Assembly: GCA_963702845.1 (NCBI GenBank)
Contig: OY969763.1
Location: 5,344,001 to 5,408,000 of the forward strand
Direction: 5' to 3'
From: an uncultured Verrucomicrobiae bacterium
GTDB taxonomy: Bacteria; Verrucomicrobiota; Verrucomicrobiia; Limisphaerales; Palsa-1400
Length of the DNA stretch: 64,000 bases
Position numbers and translations under genes: made by a program. Shown piece after piece: positions 39,933-50,274 of this stretch; the first letter of the stretch is position 1; each line of letters starts with the position of its first letter. The notes beneath the pieces are model-generated. The model had not been told where the DNA came from and did no database searches. It saw only the letters and a list, made by a program, of their open reading frames with translations.

Positions 39933-41232
39933 ATGATCCGGAGTTTCCATTTTATCTTTCCGTTTGTTCTCGCAGGTGCGTTGCTGTCAAACGCACAAGC
40001 ACAAACGGCGCGGCGTTTGACCTTGGAAGAGGCGAAGGAAATCGCGCTTAAACATCATCCGCGGATAACGGTGGCGGAGTTGCGCGCACTGGCGGCGCAA
40101 CAAGCGGCCAAAGAAGTGCGAGCTGGTTTCTTTCCGACGGCGTCGATCAATGTGACGGCAGCGGGTGCGGACGGTCCTAGCGACGCGCATTGCGGCGGGT
40201 GGCGATTGAACAATCCGACGGTGTTTGAACGCAACGCCGAGGGTATCACGATTTCGCAGTTGATCACGGATTTTGGCCGCACGTGGGACTTGTCGAAAAC
40301 CGCCAAGCTGCGCGCGCAAGCCGAACGGATGAACAGCTCAGCAGCGCGGGAGCAGATTTTGTTGGAAGTGAATGCGGCATATTTTTCCGCGCTCGAAGCG
40401 CAATCTGTTTTGCACGTCGCGGAGGAAACGGCAAAATCGCGACAGTTGTTTTTGGACCAGGTCGCGAGCCTTGCCACGAACAAGCTGAAGTCCGAACTGG
40501 ACGTTAGCTTCGCCCGAGTGGATTACGAGCAGGCGCGGTTGTTGCGGGCCAAAGCGAGCAATGATTTGCAGGCGGCGTTCGCGACGTTATCGACGCTGCT
40601 TGGCGAACGTGAGCCGCAGGTTTTTGTTTTGGTCGATCAGACCATGCCGAAGCCGATTGCGGAAGATGCGCACCAATTGCTGCAACTGGCGATGCAACAA
40701 CGGCCCGATCTTGCAGGTTTGCGTTACCAACGCGATGCCGCCAAAGAATTCGCGTTGGCGGAGCGGAAGGTCAATTACCCGACGATCAGTGCGATTGCGG
40801 TGGGCGGTCATGGTGCCGGTGGGGGACCCGCGTCTGCCAGATCGATATGCCGCCGCAGGAGTGAACTTGAACATACCGCTTTTTGCGGGCGGTTTGTATC
40901 AGGGCCGTAAAGAAGAAGCCGCGTTGCGTGCGAGAGCGGCCGACGAAACGCTGCGTGACGAGGAAAACAATATCTCGCGCCAGGTTCAAATTTCGAAACT
41001 GAACGCCGACTACGCTTACGAACGCGTTGGCTTGACGGAACAGCTTCTGAAAAATGCGCGGCAAGCGTTTGGCCTGGCGCAAACGCGTTTCAAACTGGGC
41101 TCCAGTTCGATCTTTGAATTGAGCCAGGCTGAATTGAACCGGACTTCCGCCGAAATTGCACAGGCGAACGCGAAGTACGATTACATGGTGCAACGCGCAG
41201 CGCTGGATTTTCAGATTGGAGATTTGCATTAA
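39933..41232 (+). CDS. TolC family outer membrane efflux protein, frameshifted
   Basis: LTLEEA..AL..HP, SQLITDFG, RPDL, NIPLFAGG, RFKLGSSSIFEL. Confidence 0.88.
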
Positions 41233-41320
41233 GCGTGCGGGATTCCCTCGCAAACGAATCAGTTATTCCTAGAGGCGGAAATCGTGACAATCCGCCGTTC
41301 GCTTAGCAAAATCCGCGCGC

Positions 41321-42736
41321 TTGAACAGCGCTGCCCGAAGCATATTCATCGCACTGGCTATTTTCGTTAGCTTGTTCGCGCGCGCGCAGACGAACAGCGC
41401 TCCCACTAGTGCAGGCCTGCTCAATGGCTATCTGCGCACGAACAACCCTGCACTCTATCAATGGGATTTTGGTGGCCAGCTTCGTATTCGTGGGGAACAT
41501 AAGGAATACTTTGCCAGCCAGGGCGCGGCTGTGGACTTCGCTGCACGCGGGGATGCGAACAACACGTATTTGTTGTTGCGCGAGAAAATTCACGTCGGCT
41601 ACACGCCGGAACCGTGGCTGACCATGTTTGTCGAAGGGCGCGACAGCTCTTCCCAGCTTGATGATCGTGATCCGAATCCGGAGTCGGATTCGATGGATTT
41701 GTATCAAGGTTACGTCAGACTTGGCGGGCAACCATCATTTCCACTTTCGTTGAAAGTGGGACGGCAAGAGTTGGTTTACGGTGATGAGTTGCTGATTGGC
41801 AGGGCTGATTTTAGCAATATTCCGCGGTCTTTCGACGCGATCAAAACACGTTATGAGAGCGGGACCTTAAAAGTGGACGCATTTACTGCTCGCCGCGTCA
41901 TCGCGCGAGCAAATGCATTCAATCAAGGCAACGATCGTGAAGTTTTCTCCGGCATTTACGCTGATACGAAGGGCACTTTACCGAAGCACGATTTGCAGCT
42001 TTACGCGCTGGCGCGGAACGTCGAGTCGCGTCCTTCAAATATTACTGTTCCGCTCAACACCATTCCATCGCCCCGCGATGTTTATACCGTGGGCGGTCGC
42101 ATCGAATCATTCACGACCACGTTGCCGGGATGGGATTATAACGCGGAAGGCGCGTATCAATTCGGGCGGTTCAAAAACACACTGACGAGTCCGAGTGAAA
42201 CGCAGGATGCTTTCGCGGCGCACTTCGCGGCTGGATATACTTGGGAGAAAGCTGCGCTCACTCCACGGATTGGCGTTGAATACAATTTCGCGTCCGGCGA
42301 TGACAACCCGAACGATGGAACGCACCGCACGTTCGACAATTTATTTCCAAGCAACCATCGGCCATACGGGTTAATGGATTTTGTTTCGTGGCAAAATATC
42401 CACGACGCGTGTTTGACGACATTGATCCACCCGATTCGCAATTTGAGCATCACGAACGAAGTGCATGGGTTTTGGTTGGCTAATACCCACGATTTTTTTT
42501 ACAACGTCAGTGGCGTGGCGCGGAAAACTGGCGGATACGGCATCAAGCCGGGTGCAGGCCAATTCGTCGGCGCTGAATACGATTTTCTAGCCAGCTATAA
42601 CATCAGCACGATTGCAAATCTGCAGCTCGGCTACGGACATTTTTTCGTGGGTGAATACGTGAGGAACTCACTCGCGCCGGTGGGCGGGGCGAAAGATGCG
42701 AATTGGGTTTACGCGCAGGTGAAGTTTGAGTTCTAA
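41321..42736 (+). CDS. Alginate export (AlgE-like) family outer membrane beta-barrel
   Basis: LKVGRQELVYG, RSFDA, ASGD.NP.DG...TFDNLFPSNH; C-terminal YAQVKFEF. Confidence 0.88.
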   Translation: MNSAARSIFIALAIFVSLFARAQTNSAPTSAGLLNGYLRTNNPALYQWDFGGQLRIRGEHKEYFASQGAAVDFAARGDANNTYLLLREKIHVGYTPEPWLTMFVEGRDSSSQLDDRDPNPESDSMDLYQGYVRLGGQPSFPLSLKVGRQELVYGDELLIGRADFSNIPRSFDAIKTRYESGTLKVDAFTARRVIARANAFNQGNDREVFSGIYADTKGTLPKHDLQLYALARNVESRPSNITVPLNTIPSPRDVYTVGGRIESFTTTLPGWDYNAEGAYQFGRFKNTLTSPSETQDAFAAHFAAGYTWEKAALTPRIGVEYNFASGDDNPNDGTHRTFDNLFPSNHRPYGLMDFVSWQNIHDACLTTLIHPIRNLSITNEVHGFWLANTHDFFYNVSGVARKTGGYGIKPGAGQFVGAEYDFLASYNISTIANLQLGYGHFFVGEYVRNSLAPVGGAKDANWVYAQVKFEF

Positions 42737-43548
42737 CCCTGGCCGAGTTTTTTTGATTTGTCTGAGGCTGCGCGCACGGCGCTGATTAATGTCCCCCGCA
42801 GCTTACCCTTTTCCAATTCGTGCAAACCTTCGATGGTCGTGCCGCCGGGACTGGTGACCATGTCTTTCAGCGCGCCGGGATGCATGCCTGTTTCGAGCAC
42901 CATTTTGGCGCTGCCTAAAACCGTTTGTGCGGCGAGCTTCGTGGCGATATCACGAGGCAAACCCGAGGCAACACCACCGTCGCTGAGCGCTTCGATGATC
43001 ATGTAAACGTAAGCCGGGCCGCTTCCGCTCAGACCGGTGACCGCATCGAGCAACGCTTCTTTTAGTTGAAATGCCAGGCCGACGGCGGAGAAAAGCTTTT
43101 TGCACAACTCGCCATCTGCCGCGGTTGCTGACTTGCCGAGTGCGTAAGCCGTCGCAGAAGCGCCGAGTAAGGCCGGGGTATTCGGCATCACGCGAATGAT
43201 TCTAACCTTCTCACCAACGCCTGCTTCGAATTTTGCAATCGGCACACCGGCCGCAATCGAGATAATCAAATGGCCCGGCGTGATGCTGTCGTGAATTTCG
43301 CTGAGCAACTCGGGAACATTGCCGGGTTTGACTGCGACGATTAAGACGTTGGCAAACTTCGCAACGTCCACATTTGATTTGGCGGTTTTCGCGCCGGTTT
43401 CTTTGGCGAAAGCGGCTCCGGCTTCGGGCACCGGGTCAAACGCGCGGACCTGGTTTGTTTTTACGAGACCAGCGGAGATGAAACCCTTGGCGAGCGCAGT
43501 TCCCATTTTGCCTGCGCCAAGAAAACCGATTGTGAGTGTTGCAGCCAT
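42733..43548 (-). CDS. proC: Pyrroline-5-carboxylate reductase
   Basis: GFLGAGKMG, AVKP, RVMPNTP, SGSGPAY, SPGGTT. Confidence 0.97.
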   Translation of the reverse strand: MAATLTIGFLGAGKMGTALAKGFISAGLVKTNQVRAFDPVPEAGAAFAKETGAKTAKSNVDVAKFANVLIVAVKPGNVPELLSEIHDSITPGHLIISIAAGVPIAKFEAGVGEKVRIIRVMPNTPALLGASATAYALGKSATAADGELCKKLFSAVGLAFQLKEALLDAVTGLSGSGPAYVYMIIEALSDGGVASGLPRDIATKLAAQTVLGSAKMVLETGMHPGALKDMVTSPGGTTIEGLHELEKGKLRGTLISAVRAASDKSKKLGQG

Positions 43549-43592
43549 TGGCCGTTTTCTAACAGGTCAGAAGCGGCAGCGCAAAGTATTTG

Positions 43593-44447
43593 CTACGCCG
43601 TCACGCCGAGTTCGCGTTTCAACTTCGCGATGTTGTGGTCAATGCGGTTCATATACCAACTCGGACCGTCGGGATACGGATCGCTCAGAAACTGATATAG
43701 CGCGAGGAAATCGTTGCTGATCTTGGCGCGGACATACTTTTCCCAAAACATTGGCGTCTTCTGCATCAGATCTTCCACGCTGTTGAAAAATCCGCCGCCC
43801 TTCATTTTGCCGTCGCTAAACCGCGCGGCTTCAGCAAATTCCGAATACAAGACCGGCAATTTTTCGACGTAATCCTCGGCAGCCATTTGTCCGAGGAGGT
43901 CGGCTGTTCCAAGTGCGTAGCCGGTGATTCGTTCAGCGTCGCTCTCAAACGCAATCGTATCAAGCTTCACGTTGATGCCGGTGCAACGAATCATCCTCTG
44001 CACCGACGCGATATCCCGTTGCGCATAATCGTGGTCACCCATCAATATCGCCGCAAACTCGACACTGCGATCGACGTGGGTCAGCGTGTATTTCGCACCG
44101 GTGCCGTTAGTATCGCCGCGTTTCTTCAAATAGCCGGTGTCGTGGAGCAAAATGGCGAGGGTGCCTAATTCGAACATGCGTTGGTCGACGACCGGCTGCG
44201 CGTTGGCTTTGAAACGGCCGAGAAGAAGGCGCGCCATGCAGAGCGTCCCCTGGAGGGTGTGCTCGAGGTCATGGTAGCGGGCGTCGATGGGTTGGTAATC
44301 GCGATATTCGCCGGCAAAACAGGAAATGCCCCACCCGAAAGCCTTCGGCACAAATTCACGGTTTCCGTGCGGAAACATCGCGTGATAGGCCTTTTGCACC
44401 TCCGCCTGAACCGCCAACGGTAGCTTTGTGTCAATGGGCGCCAGCAT
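43593..44447 (-). CDS. HD-domain metal-dependent phosphohydrolase
   Basis: YHDLEHT, LLHDTGY, HVDRS, TADLLGQ. Confidence 0.85.
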   Translation of the reverse strand: MLAPIDTKLPLAVQAEVQKAYHAMFPHGNREFVPKAFGWGISCFAGEYRDYQPIDARYHDLEHTLQGTLCMARLLLGRFKANAQPVVDQRMFELGTLAILLHDTGYLKKRGDTNGTGAKYTLTHVDRSVEFAAILMGDHDYAQRDIASVQRMIRCTGINVKLDTIAFESDAERITGYALGTADLLGQMAAEDYVEKLPVLYSEFAEAARFSDGKMKGGGFFNSVEDLMQKTPMFWEKYVRAKISNDFLALYQFLSDPYPDGPSWYMNRIDHNIAKLKRELGVTA

Positions 44448-44567
44448 TCAAATATACCATGGCTTTCCGGCGAAAATTTGCACGCTTTTTTTGACAGAAA
44501 GTGGACGTATTTACCCAGAATTTTTAATCCTTAATTCCTGGCGACGGACATGCCATAGTGATTCCGA

Positions 44568-45125
44568 TTGAGAATTTTAATCGCCATCACCGGGGCCAGC
44601 GGCGCGATCTACGCGCAACGGCTCTTCGATAATCTCGACCCACACCAGCACGAATTGCATCTCGTCATGAGTAACTACGCGCAGGTGGTGCTGAAGGAAG
44701 AGTTGCCCGAAGGCTTGCGTCTGCCGGAAGGCGTCAAGACGCACAGCTTGAAAAGCATGAACGCGCCGTTTGCCAGTGGATCCAATCCGCCGGATGCGAT
44801 GGTGGTGATTCCGTGCACGATGGGAACGCTGGGGCGAATCGCTCATGGTTTTAGTGAGGATGTTTTGTTGAGGTCGGCGGATGTCGTTTTGAAGGAGAAG
44901 CGAAAACTGATTCTGGTGCCGCGTGAGACGCCGCTCAGTCTTGTACACGTGAAAAATTTCGAGCTGCTTCTGCTGGCCGGAGCCACAATTTTGCCGGCGA
45001 ATCCTTCGTTCTATATGCGGCCGAAGACGATTGAGGAAGTTGCTGATACCGTAGTCTCGCGGGTGTTGGATCATTTGGGCGTTCCCAACAAACTCACGCC
45101 GAGATGGCAGGAGGAAAAGGATTGA
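44568..45125 (+). CDS. ubiX: Flavin prenyltransferase UbiX
   Basis: ITGASG, ASGS, PCTMGTL, VPRETP, P.FY..P. Confidence 0.95.
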   Translation: MRILIAITGASGAIYAQRLFDNLDPHQHELHLVMSNYAQVVLKEELPEGLRLPEGVKTHSLKSMNAPFASGSNPPDAMVVIPCTMGTLGRIAHGFSEDVLLRSADVVLKEKRKLILVPRETPLSLVHVKNFELLLLAGATILPANPSFYMRPKTIEEVADTVVSRVLDHLGVPNKLTPRWQEEKD

Positions 45126-45153
45126 TGTTGGACGTTGGACGTTCGCATTAAGT

Positions 45154-46080
45154 ATGCTGCGCTCGATTCGAACATGGGCCGAATTTGTCAGGCTTTCCCA
45201 CACCATCTTCGCTCTTCCTTTTGCTCTTGCGTCGATGGCGTTGGCCGCTCGAGACAATCGTGGTTGGCCGGGCTTGCGGACATTTTTGCTGATTGTCGGA
45301 GCAATGGTGTGCGCGCGGACGGCTGCGATGGCGTTTAACCGGATTGTGGATCGGCAATTTGATCGAAGGAATCCGCGCACTGCGCAACGTCATTTGCCTG
45401 CAGGTAAGATTTCGTTGATTAGTGCGATGATGTTGTGTGCGGTGGCTTCGGCTGGCCTCGTGGTTGATGCGTATTTTATTAACCCTGTGTGTTTCTATTT
45501 GTCACCCGTCGCGTTAGTCGTCGTGTGCTTCTATTCGTTGACCAAACGGTTCACTGATTTTACCCACGTGTTTTTGGGAATTGCATTAGCATTGGCACCG
45601 ATTGGCGCGTGGCTTGCCGTGAAGGGAAGTTTTGACTTGTTTCCAACGACGCCCAACGGCTGGCCAGCAGTTGGGCATAGCGCGCTTCTTGCGCTGCTGC
45701 TTGCCGTCGCGGTTGTGTTCTGGCTGATTGGGTTCGATATCATTTACGCGCTGCAGGATTACGAATTCGACCGACAGCATGGCTTGCGCTCGTTGGTGGT
45801 GCGATGGGGCCCGAAGAACGCGCTCGGCGCGGCATTTCTGTCGCACATGGTCATGTGGCTTATCTTAATGGTGTTCGGCCTGCTCGCGGGTTTCAGGCTC
45901 GCATATTATATAGGCGGCGCGTTCATTCTCCTCTGCCTTCTTGCCGAGCATTGGCTGGCGCGTCGGCGCAGTTTCAATTGGGTGAACAATGCGTTTTTTC
46001 GTCTTAATGCGGTTATCAGCATTGTCTTTTTGGTCGCGACTTTGACCGAGGTAGTGTTTCCGTTTTTTCGAATGCGCTGA
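45154..46080 (+). CDS. UbiA family prenyltransferase (MqnP-like)
   Basis: HTIFALPFAL, ARTAAMAFNRIVDR..D..NPRT..R, YSLTKRFT, GFDIIYALQD. Confidence 0.92.
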   Translation: MLRSIRTWAEFVRLSHTIFALPFALASMALAARDNRGWPGLRTFLLIVGAMVCARTAAMAFNRIVDRQFDRRNPRTAQRHLPAGKISLISAMMLCAVASAGLVVDAYFINPVCFYLSPVALVVVCFYSLTKRFTDFTHVFLGIALALAPIGAWLAVKGSFDLFPTTPNGWPAVGHSALLALLLAVAVVFWLIGFDIIYALQDYEFDRQHGLRSLVVRWGPKNALGAAFLSHMVMWLILMVFGLLAGFRLAYYIGGAFILLCLLAEHWLARRRSFNWVNNAFFRLNAVISIVFLVATLTEVVFPFFRMR

Positions 46081-46135
46081 GTTTGAAGCGTGGTTTCTGC
46101 TTGCCCACGCCCAGCGAGAGAACTCTACTGCCATC

Positions 46136-46834
46136 ATGCCTCGTCTCTTAATCCTGCTGCTGGTTGCGCTTGCCGGCTGCACCACGCATCAAGCCGGTAA
46201 CGCAATTCATTTGCTGCAACCGCAGAATTTTTATTCCTTCCTCCGCGATTTCGGTCGCGACAAAGATCCCAATCAGGTCTTCCGATGGGAAGACGGCATG
46301 CTGCACATCACCGGGCAGGACTACGGTTATCTCGCGACGAAACAAACCAACTTCGCCAATTACAAACTAGTTGCAGAGTTCAAGTGGGGCGAAAAAACAT
46401 GGGCACCGCGCATCGACAACGCGCGTGATAGCGGCGTTCTAGTGCATTTTGTCGGGCGCGACCAGGTTTGGCCGAAGTCGATCGAGTGCCAAATGATTGA
46501 AGGCGGCACGGGAGACATTCTCGTTGTGAGCGGCGCATATCTCACGGTCGACGGAGTGCGCAAAGGCCCGCAGATCGCGCGGTTTGATCGGCCGGGTCGC
46601 AATCCGTGGGACGACGTAAAAGGATTTCGCGGTCCGCACGAATTTGAAAACCCACACGGCCAATGGAATCGTGTCGAAGTCATCTGCAATAATGATTTGG
46701 TGAGCATCAGCGTGAATGGGCATCACACGCTGACGGGCACGAACGCTTCGCCGACGATGGGTAAGATTGTTCTGCAGTCCGAGGGTGCGGAAGTGTTCTT
46801 CCGGCGGTTGGATTTGTACCCGCTGGACAAGTGA
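46136..46834 (+). CDS. DUF1080 family lipoprotein
   Basis: Lipobox LAGC; RDSGVL, ECQ, GQWN, G.I.LQSEGAEVFFR. Confidence 0.9.
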   Translation: MPRLLILLLVALAGCTTHQAGNAIHLLQPQNFYSFLRDFGRDKDPNQVFRWEDGMLHITGQDYGYLATKQTNFANYKLVAEFKWGEKTWAPRIDNARDSGVLVHFVGRDQVWPKSIECQMIEGGTGDILVVSGAYLTVDGVRKGPQIARFDRPGRNPWDDVKGFRGPHEFENPHGQWNRVEVICNNDLVSISVNGHHTLTGTNASPTMGKIVLQSEGAEVFFRRLDLYPLDK

Positions 46835-46858
46835 CCGGCGATCGCGGAGCGAAGCGCC

Positions 46859-48115
46859 CTACCTGGAACGAGCGGCCATGGTTTGCGTTAAATCTTTGGC
46901 TGCGCCTTCGATGTAGTCGGCTTCCCAAAATAAAATTTGTGATGCCTGGACTTTGTTTGCGAGCGTCAGTTGGCCCGTGAACTCGGCCACTGATTTGGGG
47001 ACCCACTGATAAAGCCACACATCGACCTTGCCGCCGGTCTCGTCTCTCAAAGCGCGATGCGCTTTTTCGGCGTCGCCACCATCGCGGTAATAACCGGCTG
47101 CGACCGCTGAATCCATCAAGCCGTCTTTTGCCCACGTGCTGATATCCAGAAGCATGCCACGAAGGTTGCCGTCGATTTTGTCGAGTTCGCCACGATAATG
47201 CCACGGATGGCCGACCATGACTGAAATTGGCAGATGATGTTTTCGCAGGAGCTTCGAAACCTCTCGCATGAACTGCGTTTGCGGTGCGGCGCGAAAGCGG
47301 AACGCGGCATCGTCATTCGCATCACGGAGTTCTTTGCCGGTTTGCTTGCGATAGGCTTCGCGCAATGGCGTTTCAAAGCCGTAATCGGCAGCGCCGGTTT
47401 TATCGTTTTGCGGATTGTCGCGGACGTCGCCGGTTCGAATCCAATCGAGGAAAAAGCCGTCGAGCTTGTAGTTGTCGATTAACTCGTGCACGAGCGAGAG
47501 TTTATATTTTCTGACTTCAGGAAACGCGAAGCTCAGTTGAGAGTGATAGGCGCGACCGTCGCGATGTTGCCAGCGAAATTGCGGATATTGTTTGGAGAAC
47601 TCGCTCTGCAAACCCCAGCCGTGATCGTCTTCGTTGATGCTTAACCACGCGTGAATCTTCATGCCGATTTTGTGGCCATAACGAATGGCTTCGGCAAGAG
47701 GATCGAAATGCGCGTAATCGAGCACATCGAACTTCGCCATCAGAGCCCGACGCTGCTCCGCGTTCATGTGCGTGTAGTGTTCGACCAAAGTGGTGTCGGC
47801 GGGCGATTGCGGACTCCAGAAACTGTCCGGGTCCCACTTGCCCATCGGCTTCAAGTATTTACTTTTGTAGAGGCCGCGACCGCCGTCGAACACACGCCAA
47901 TAAACCCGGTTCCAGCCGCACGCTTTGCACGCATCGAGCATGTGATGCACGCCGGCTGGCCCCAAGGCGATGCTAGGCTTGAGCATCCAATCGGAGTGCG
48001 TCAGGGGCGCGGATAAAATGAATTTGTCGCCAGCAGTTTCAGCTTTCGTGATGCGAATAGTCGGCCCAACGACGGCAGCAGCAACGGACGACTTGATAAA
48101 AGCGCGGCGGTTCAC
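46859..48115 (-). CDS. Tat-exported GHL10/DUF187-like glycoside hydrolase
   Basis: Tat motif NRRAFIK; DPLAEAI..GHK.GMKIHAW, PEVR.Y, DGFFLD. Confidence 0.75.
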   Translation of the reverse strand: MNRRAFIKSSVAAAVVGPTIRITKAETAGDKFILSAPLTHSDWMLKPSIALGPAGVHHMLDACKACGWNRVYWRVFDGGRGLYKSKYLKPMGKWDPDSFWSPQSPADTTLVEHYTHMNAEQRRALMAKFDVLDYAHFDPLAEAIRYGHKIGMKIHAWLSINEDDHGWGLQSEFSKQYPQFRWQHRDGRAYHSQLSFAFPEVRKYKLSLVHELIDNYKLDGFFLDWIRTGDVRDNPQNDKTGAADYGFETPLREAYRKQTGKELRDANDDAAFRFRAAPQTQFMREVSKLLRKHHLPISVMVGHPWHYRGELDKIDGNLRGMLLDISTWAKDGLMDSAVAAGYYRDGGDAEKAHRALRDETGGKVDVWLYQWVPKSVAEFTGQLTLANKVQASQILFWEADYIEGAAKDLTQTMAARSR

Positions 48116-48118
48116 GCG

Positions 48119-49240
48119 CTATTGTTTTTTCAAACCGGAGAGAAAGGCAACTAAATCGGCGAACTCCTGTGGTGTCATGCCTTGCTGCAAACCGGTCGGC
48201 ATTATCGAGGTCTTCAACTTACGTTTGTTGAGCACCTCACTCTTTTTGTAATGCGTCACGATGCCCTTGGAATCTTTAATTGCGATGTCATTGGCGGTCT
48301 CGCTTACGAGAAGTCCGTAGGCATCATCGCCGGATTTTAAATCAAGGCTGTAGGTTTCGTAGCCGACGGAAATCCCGGCGCTTGGTTCGAGGATCGCTTC
48401 CACGATTGCCTCCTTCGCAAGTTTGGTGCCGATTTCCGAAAGGTCAGGCCCGACTTGGCCGCCTTTGGCGTGAATTGTGTGACACGCCGCACAACCGGGG
48501 AGCTGGCGATAAAACACTTTTTCGCCACTTGCGGCATCGGTGTTCATCTTCAGCAGTTCGACTGTTGATGGAAGTGGTTGCGATCCGATGGCGAGCGGCA
48601 GCGGCAAAACCTTCGCAGCCTCGCTTTTGATGTTCGTCCAATGAACACCGTTCAACTCGGTGCTCGCGGTAAATTTTAAATCTTCAGCCAGCGTGCCTTT
48701 TTTCGCCAGCTCGAGCAAAGCAGTCGCACCCTCCGATGTTCGGGCGAGCGCTCGAATGCACGCTTTCCGCAAAGATGGCTCCCGGTTCGCATCCACGGCG
48801 ATCGGTAACAACAATCCAACCGCATCCTTTTCCGCGGCGTCGCCCAACGCTTCAGCAGTGGCACTCGCGGTCTTGAAATCGGCGCTCTCCAGGCGTTTGT
48901 TAAATAAAACGAAGTTTTTGTGCGCCAACACGAGGCGAGTGGCTTCGACACCTGTTTCGCTGCCCGGAGCTTTCACCGCCAGATCGACTAAACCCGGATC
49001 GCAATCCTTCAGGTGAAATCGTTTTACGATTTCGAGGAATTTGTCGGTGCCGTGAGCTTTTTCCAGTAACCGATAGACCGCGTCCTTAAGTTGCGGATCC
49101 GATTCGAGATCAACGTTCTGGAGTCGGTTGAGTGACTCGAAGACGATCGTGTTGCGTTGTGCGTCTGTTAATTGGGATTCGGCACGACCGCAAATAGCCG
49201 CCGAGAACAAGACTGCGATGACAGCGGCGCGCAGCTTCAT
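48119..49240 (-). CDS. HEAT-repeat plus c-type cytochrome (PVC heme-binding domain) protein
   Basis: G..VF...CAACH...GGQVGPDLS, ILEPS..I..GY, S.MP.GL, DLVAFL; signal peptide. Confidence 0.88.
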   Translation of the reverse strand: MKLRAAVIAVLFSAAICGRAESQLTDAQRNTIVFESLNRLQNVDLESDPQLKDAVYRLLEKAHGTDKFLEIVKRFHLKDCDPGLVDLAVKAPGSETGVEATRLVLAHKNFVLFNKRLESADFKTASATAEALGDAAEKDAVGLLLPIAVDANREPSLRKACIRALARTSEGATALLELAKKGTLAEDLKFTASTELNGVHWTNIKSEAAKVLPLPLAIGSQPLPSTVELLKMNTDAASGEKVFYRQLPGCAACHTIHAKGGQVGPDLSEIGTKLAKEAIVEAILEPSAGISVGYETYSLDLKSGDDAYGLLVSETANDIAIKDSKGIVTHYKKSEVLNKRKLKTSIMPTGLQQGMTPQEFADLVAFLSGLKKQ

Positions 49241-49734
49241 TCGCGATAATTAGTGATGTTCTCGCGTTGGAGAAGTTTGCGTTTCCAGTCGAGACCACTG
49301 GAAAATCCGCCCAACTTGCCGCCGCTGCCCAGCACGCGATGGCAGGGAATCAAGAGCGGAATCGGATTGGCTCCGCAAGCGTTACCCGTTGCACGAGCGC
49401 CTTTTGGTTTGCCGACAGCCGCCGCAACTTCAGAGTAACGCTTGGTCTTGCCGCACGAAATTTTTCGCAGCGCCTTCCAAACATTGCGTTGAAATTCTGT
49501 TCCACAGCTCAGGTCGAAAGGCGGAGGGGACGTGATCGGTTGGCCTTTGAAAACCTGTTCGATCGCGCGCGTGGTCAATTTGTGCCACTGCTTCGTTTTG
49601 GGATTGGTCGGTTCTGCCGGCTTGGCCGTGCGGCCGTTTGGAAAATCAAGACGCGCGAGACCCTTGTCAGAGTAATAGGCGACAAAAGTGCCTTCGCATG
49701 TCTGCACAGGACAGGCTAGGAGAGTGGCTTTCAT
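49237..49734 (-). CDS. ogt: Methylated-DNA-protein-cysteine methyltransferase
   Basis: TEFQ..VW..L, NPIPLLIPCHRV active site. Confidence 0.93.
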   Translation of the reverse strand: MKATLLACPVQTCEGTFVAYYSDKGLARLDFPNGRTAKPAEPTNPKTKQWHKLTTRAIEQVFKGQPITSPPPFDLSCGTEFQRNVWKALRKISCGKTKRYSEVAAAVGKPKGARATGNACGANPIPLLIPCHRVLGSGGKLGGFSSGLDWKRKLLQRENITNYRE

Positions 49735-49740
49735 AATGAA

Positions 49741-50268
49741 CTAATGGTGCTTTATCAGCGCCGCGCAAATTCCAAATAAGACTACCACGAGCACGAACGC
49801 CAGCGCCAGAAACCTGTTGCGCGCGACGCGTTTTTCGTAGCGCAACGGACGCAGGCCTTGAATGCTGCCCGCAGCAAGGTAGTTAACCAGTTTCGGATTC
49901 GACAACGGTGGTGGCCGGAAGATTTGTTCGAGTCGATCCAGGAATCCCATCTTTTGTTTCGGCGTGGAAAGGTCCTCAATCGGCACAGCAGATGAACGCT
50001 GGGAGGTCGCGTCCTTGATTGGCTTTTGATCGACCTCTTCGAAAACAGGTTCAGGCGCTTTTGGTGGAGGGGTGTTAGCCGTAAGAACAGTGCTGCTGTG
50101 GGGTAAAGCGGTAGAGCGCACGCGCGCGCCGGATTTATTTACTTCAGGTCTGCCCGTACCGGTCTGCTGGTTCAGCTTGTGAATCTTCGCCTCCAACGCG
50201 GCGATTTCCGCGTTCAAGGCTTTGGCGCGGTCTGAAAGAGGATCAACTTTCTTTTTCAGCAGGGCCAT
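49741..50268 (-). CDS. Hypothetical protein with C-terminal TM anchor
   Basis: Coiled N-terminus; LRPLRYEKRVARNR followed by a TM helix. Confidence 0.75.
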   Translation of the reverse strand: MALLKKKVDPLSDRAKALNAEIAALEAKIHKLNQQTGTGRPEVNKSGARVRSTALPHSSTVLTANTPPPKAPEPVFEEVDQKPIKDATSQRSSAVPIEDLSTPKQKMGFLDRLEQIFRPPPLSNPKLVNYLAAGSIQGLRPLRYEKRVARNRFLALAFVLVVVLFGICAALIKHH

Positions 50269-50274
50269 TGGTTG

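Noticed and set aside
34821..41232. Programmed ribosomal frameshifting or phase variation in the RND operon
   Set aside because: There are too many shifts at heterogeneous sites, with no consistent slippery sequence or long homopolymer.
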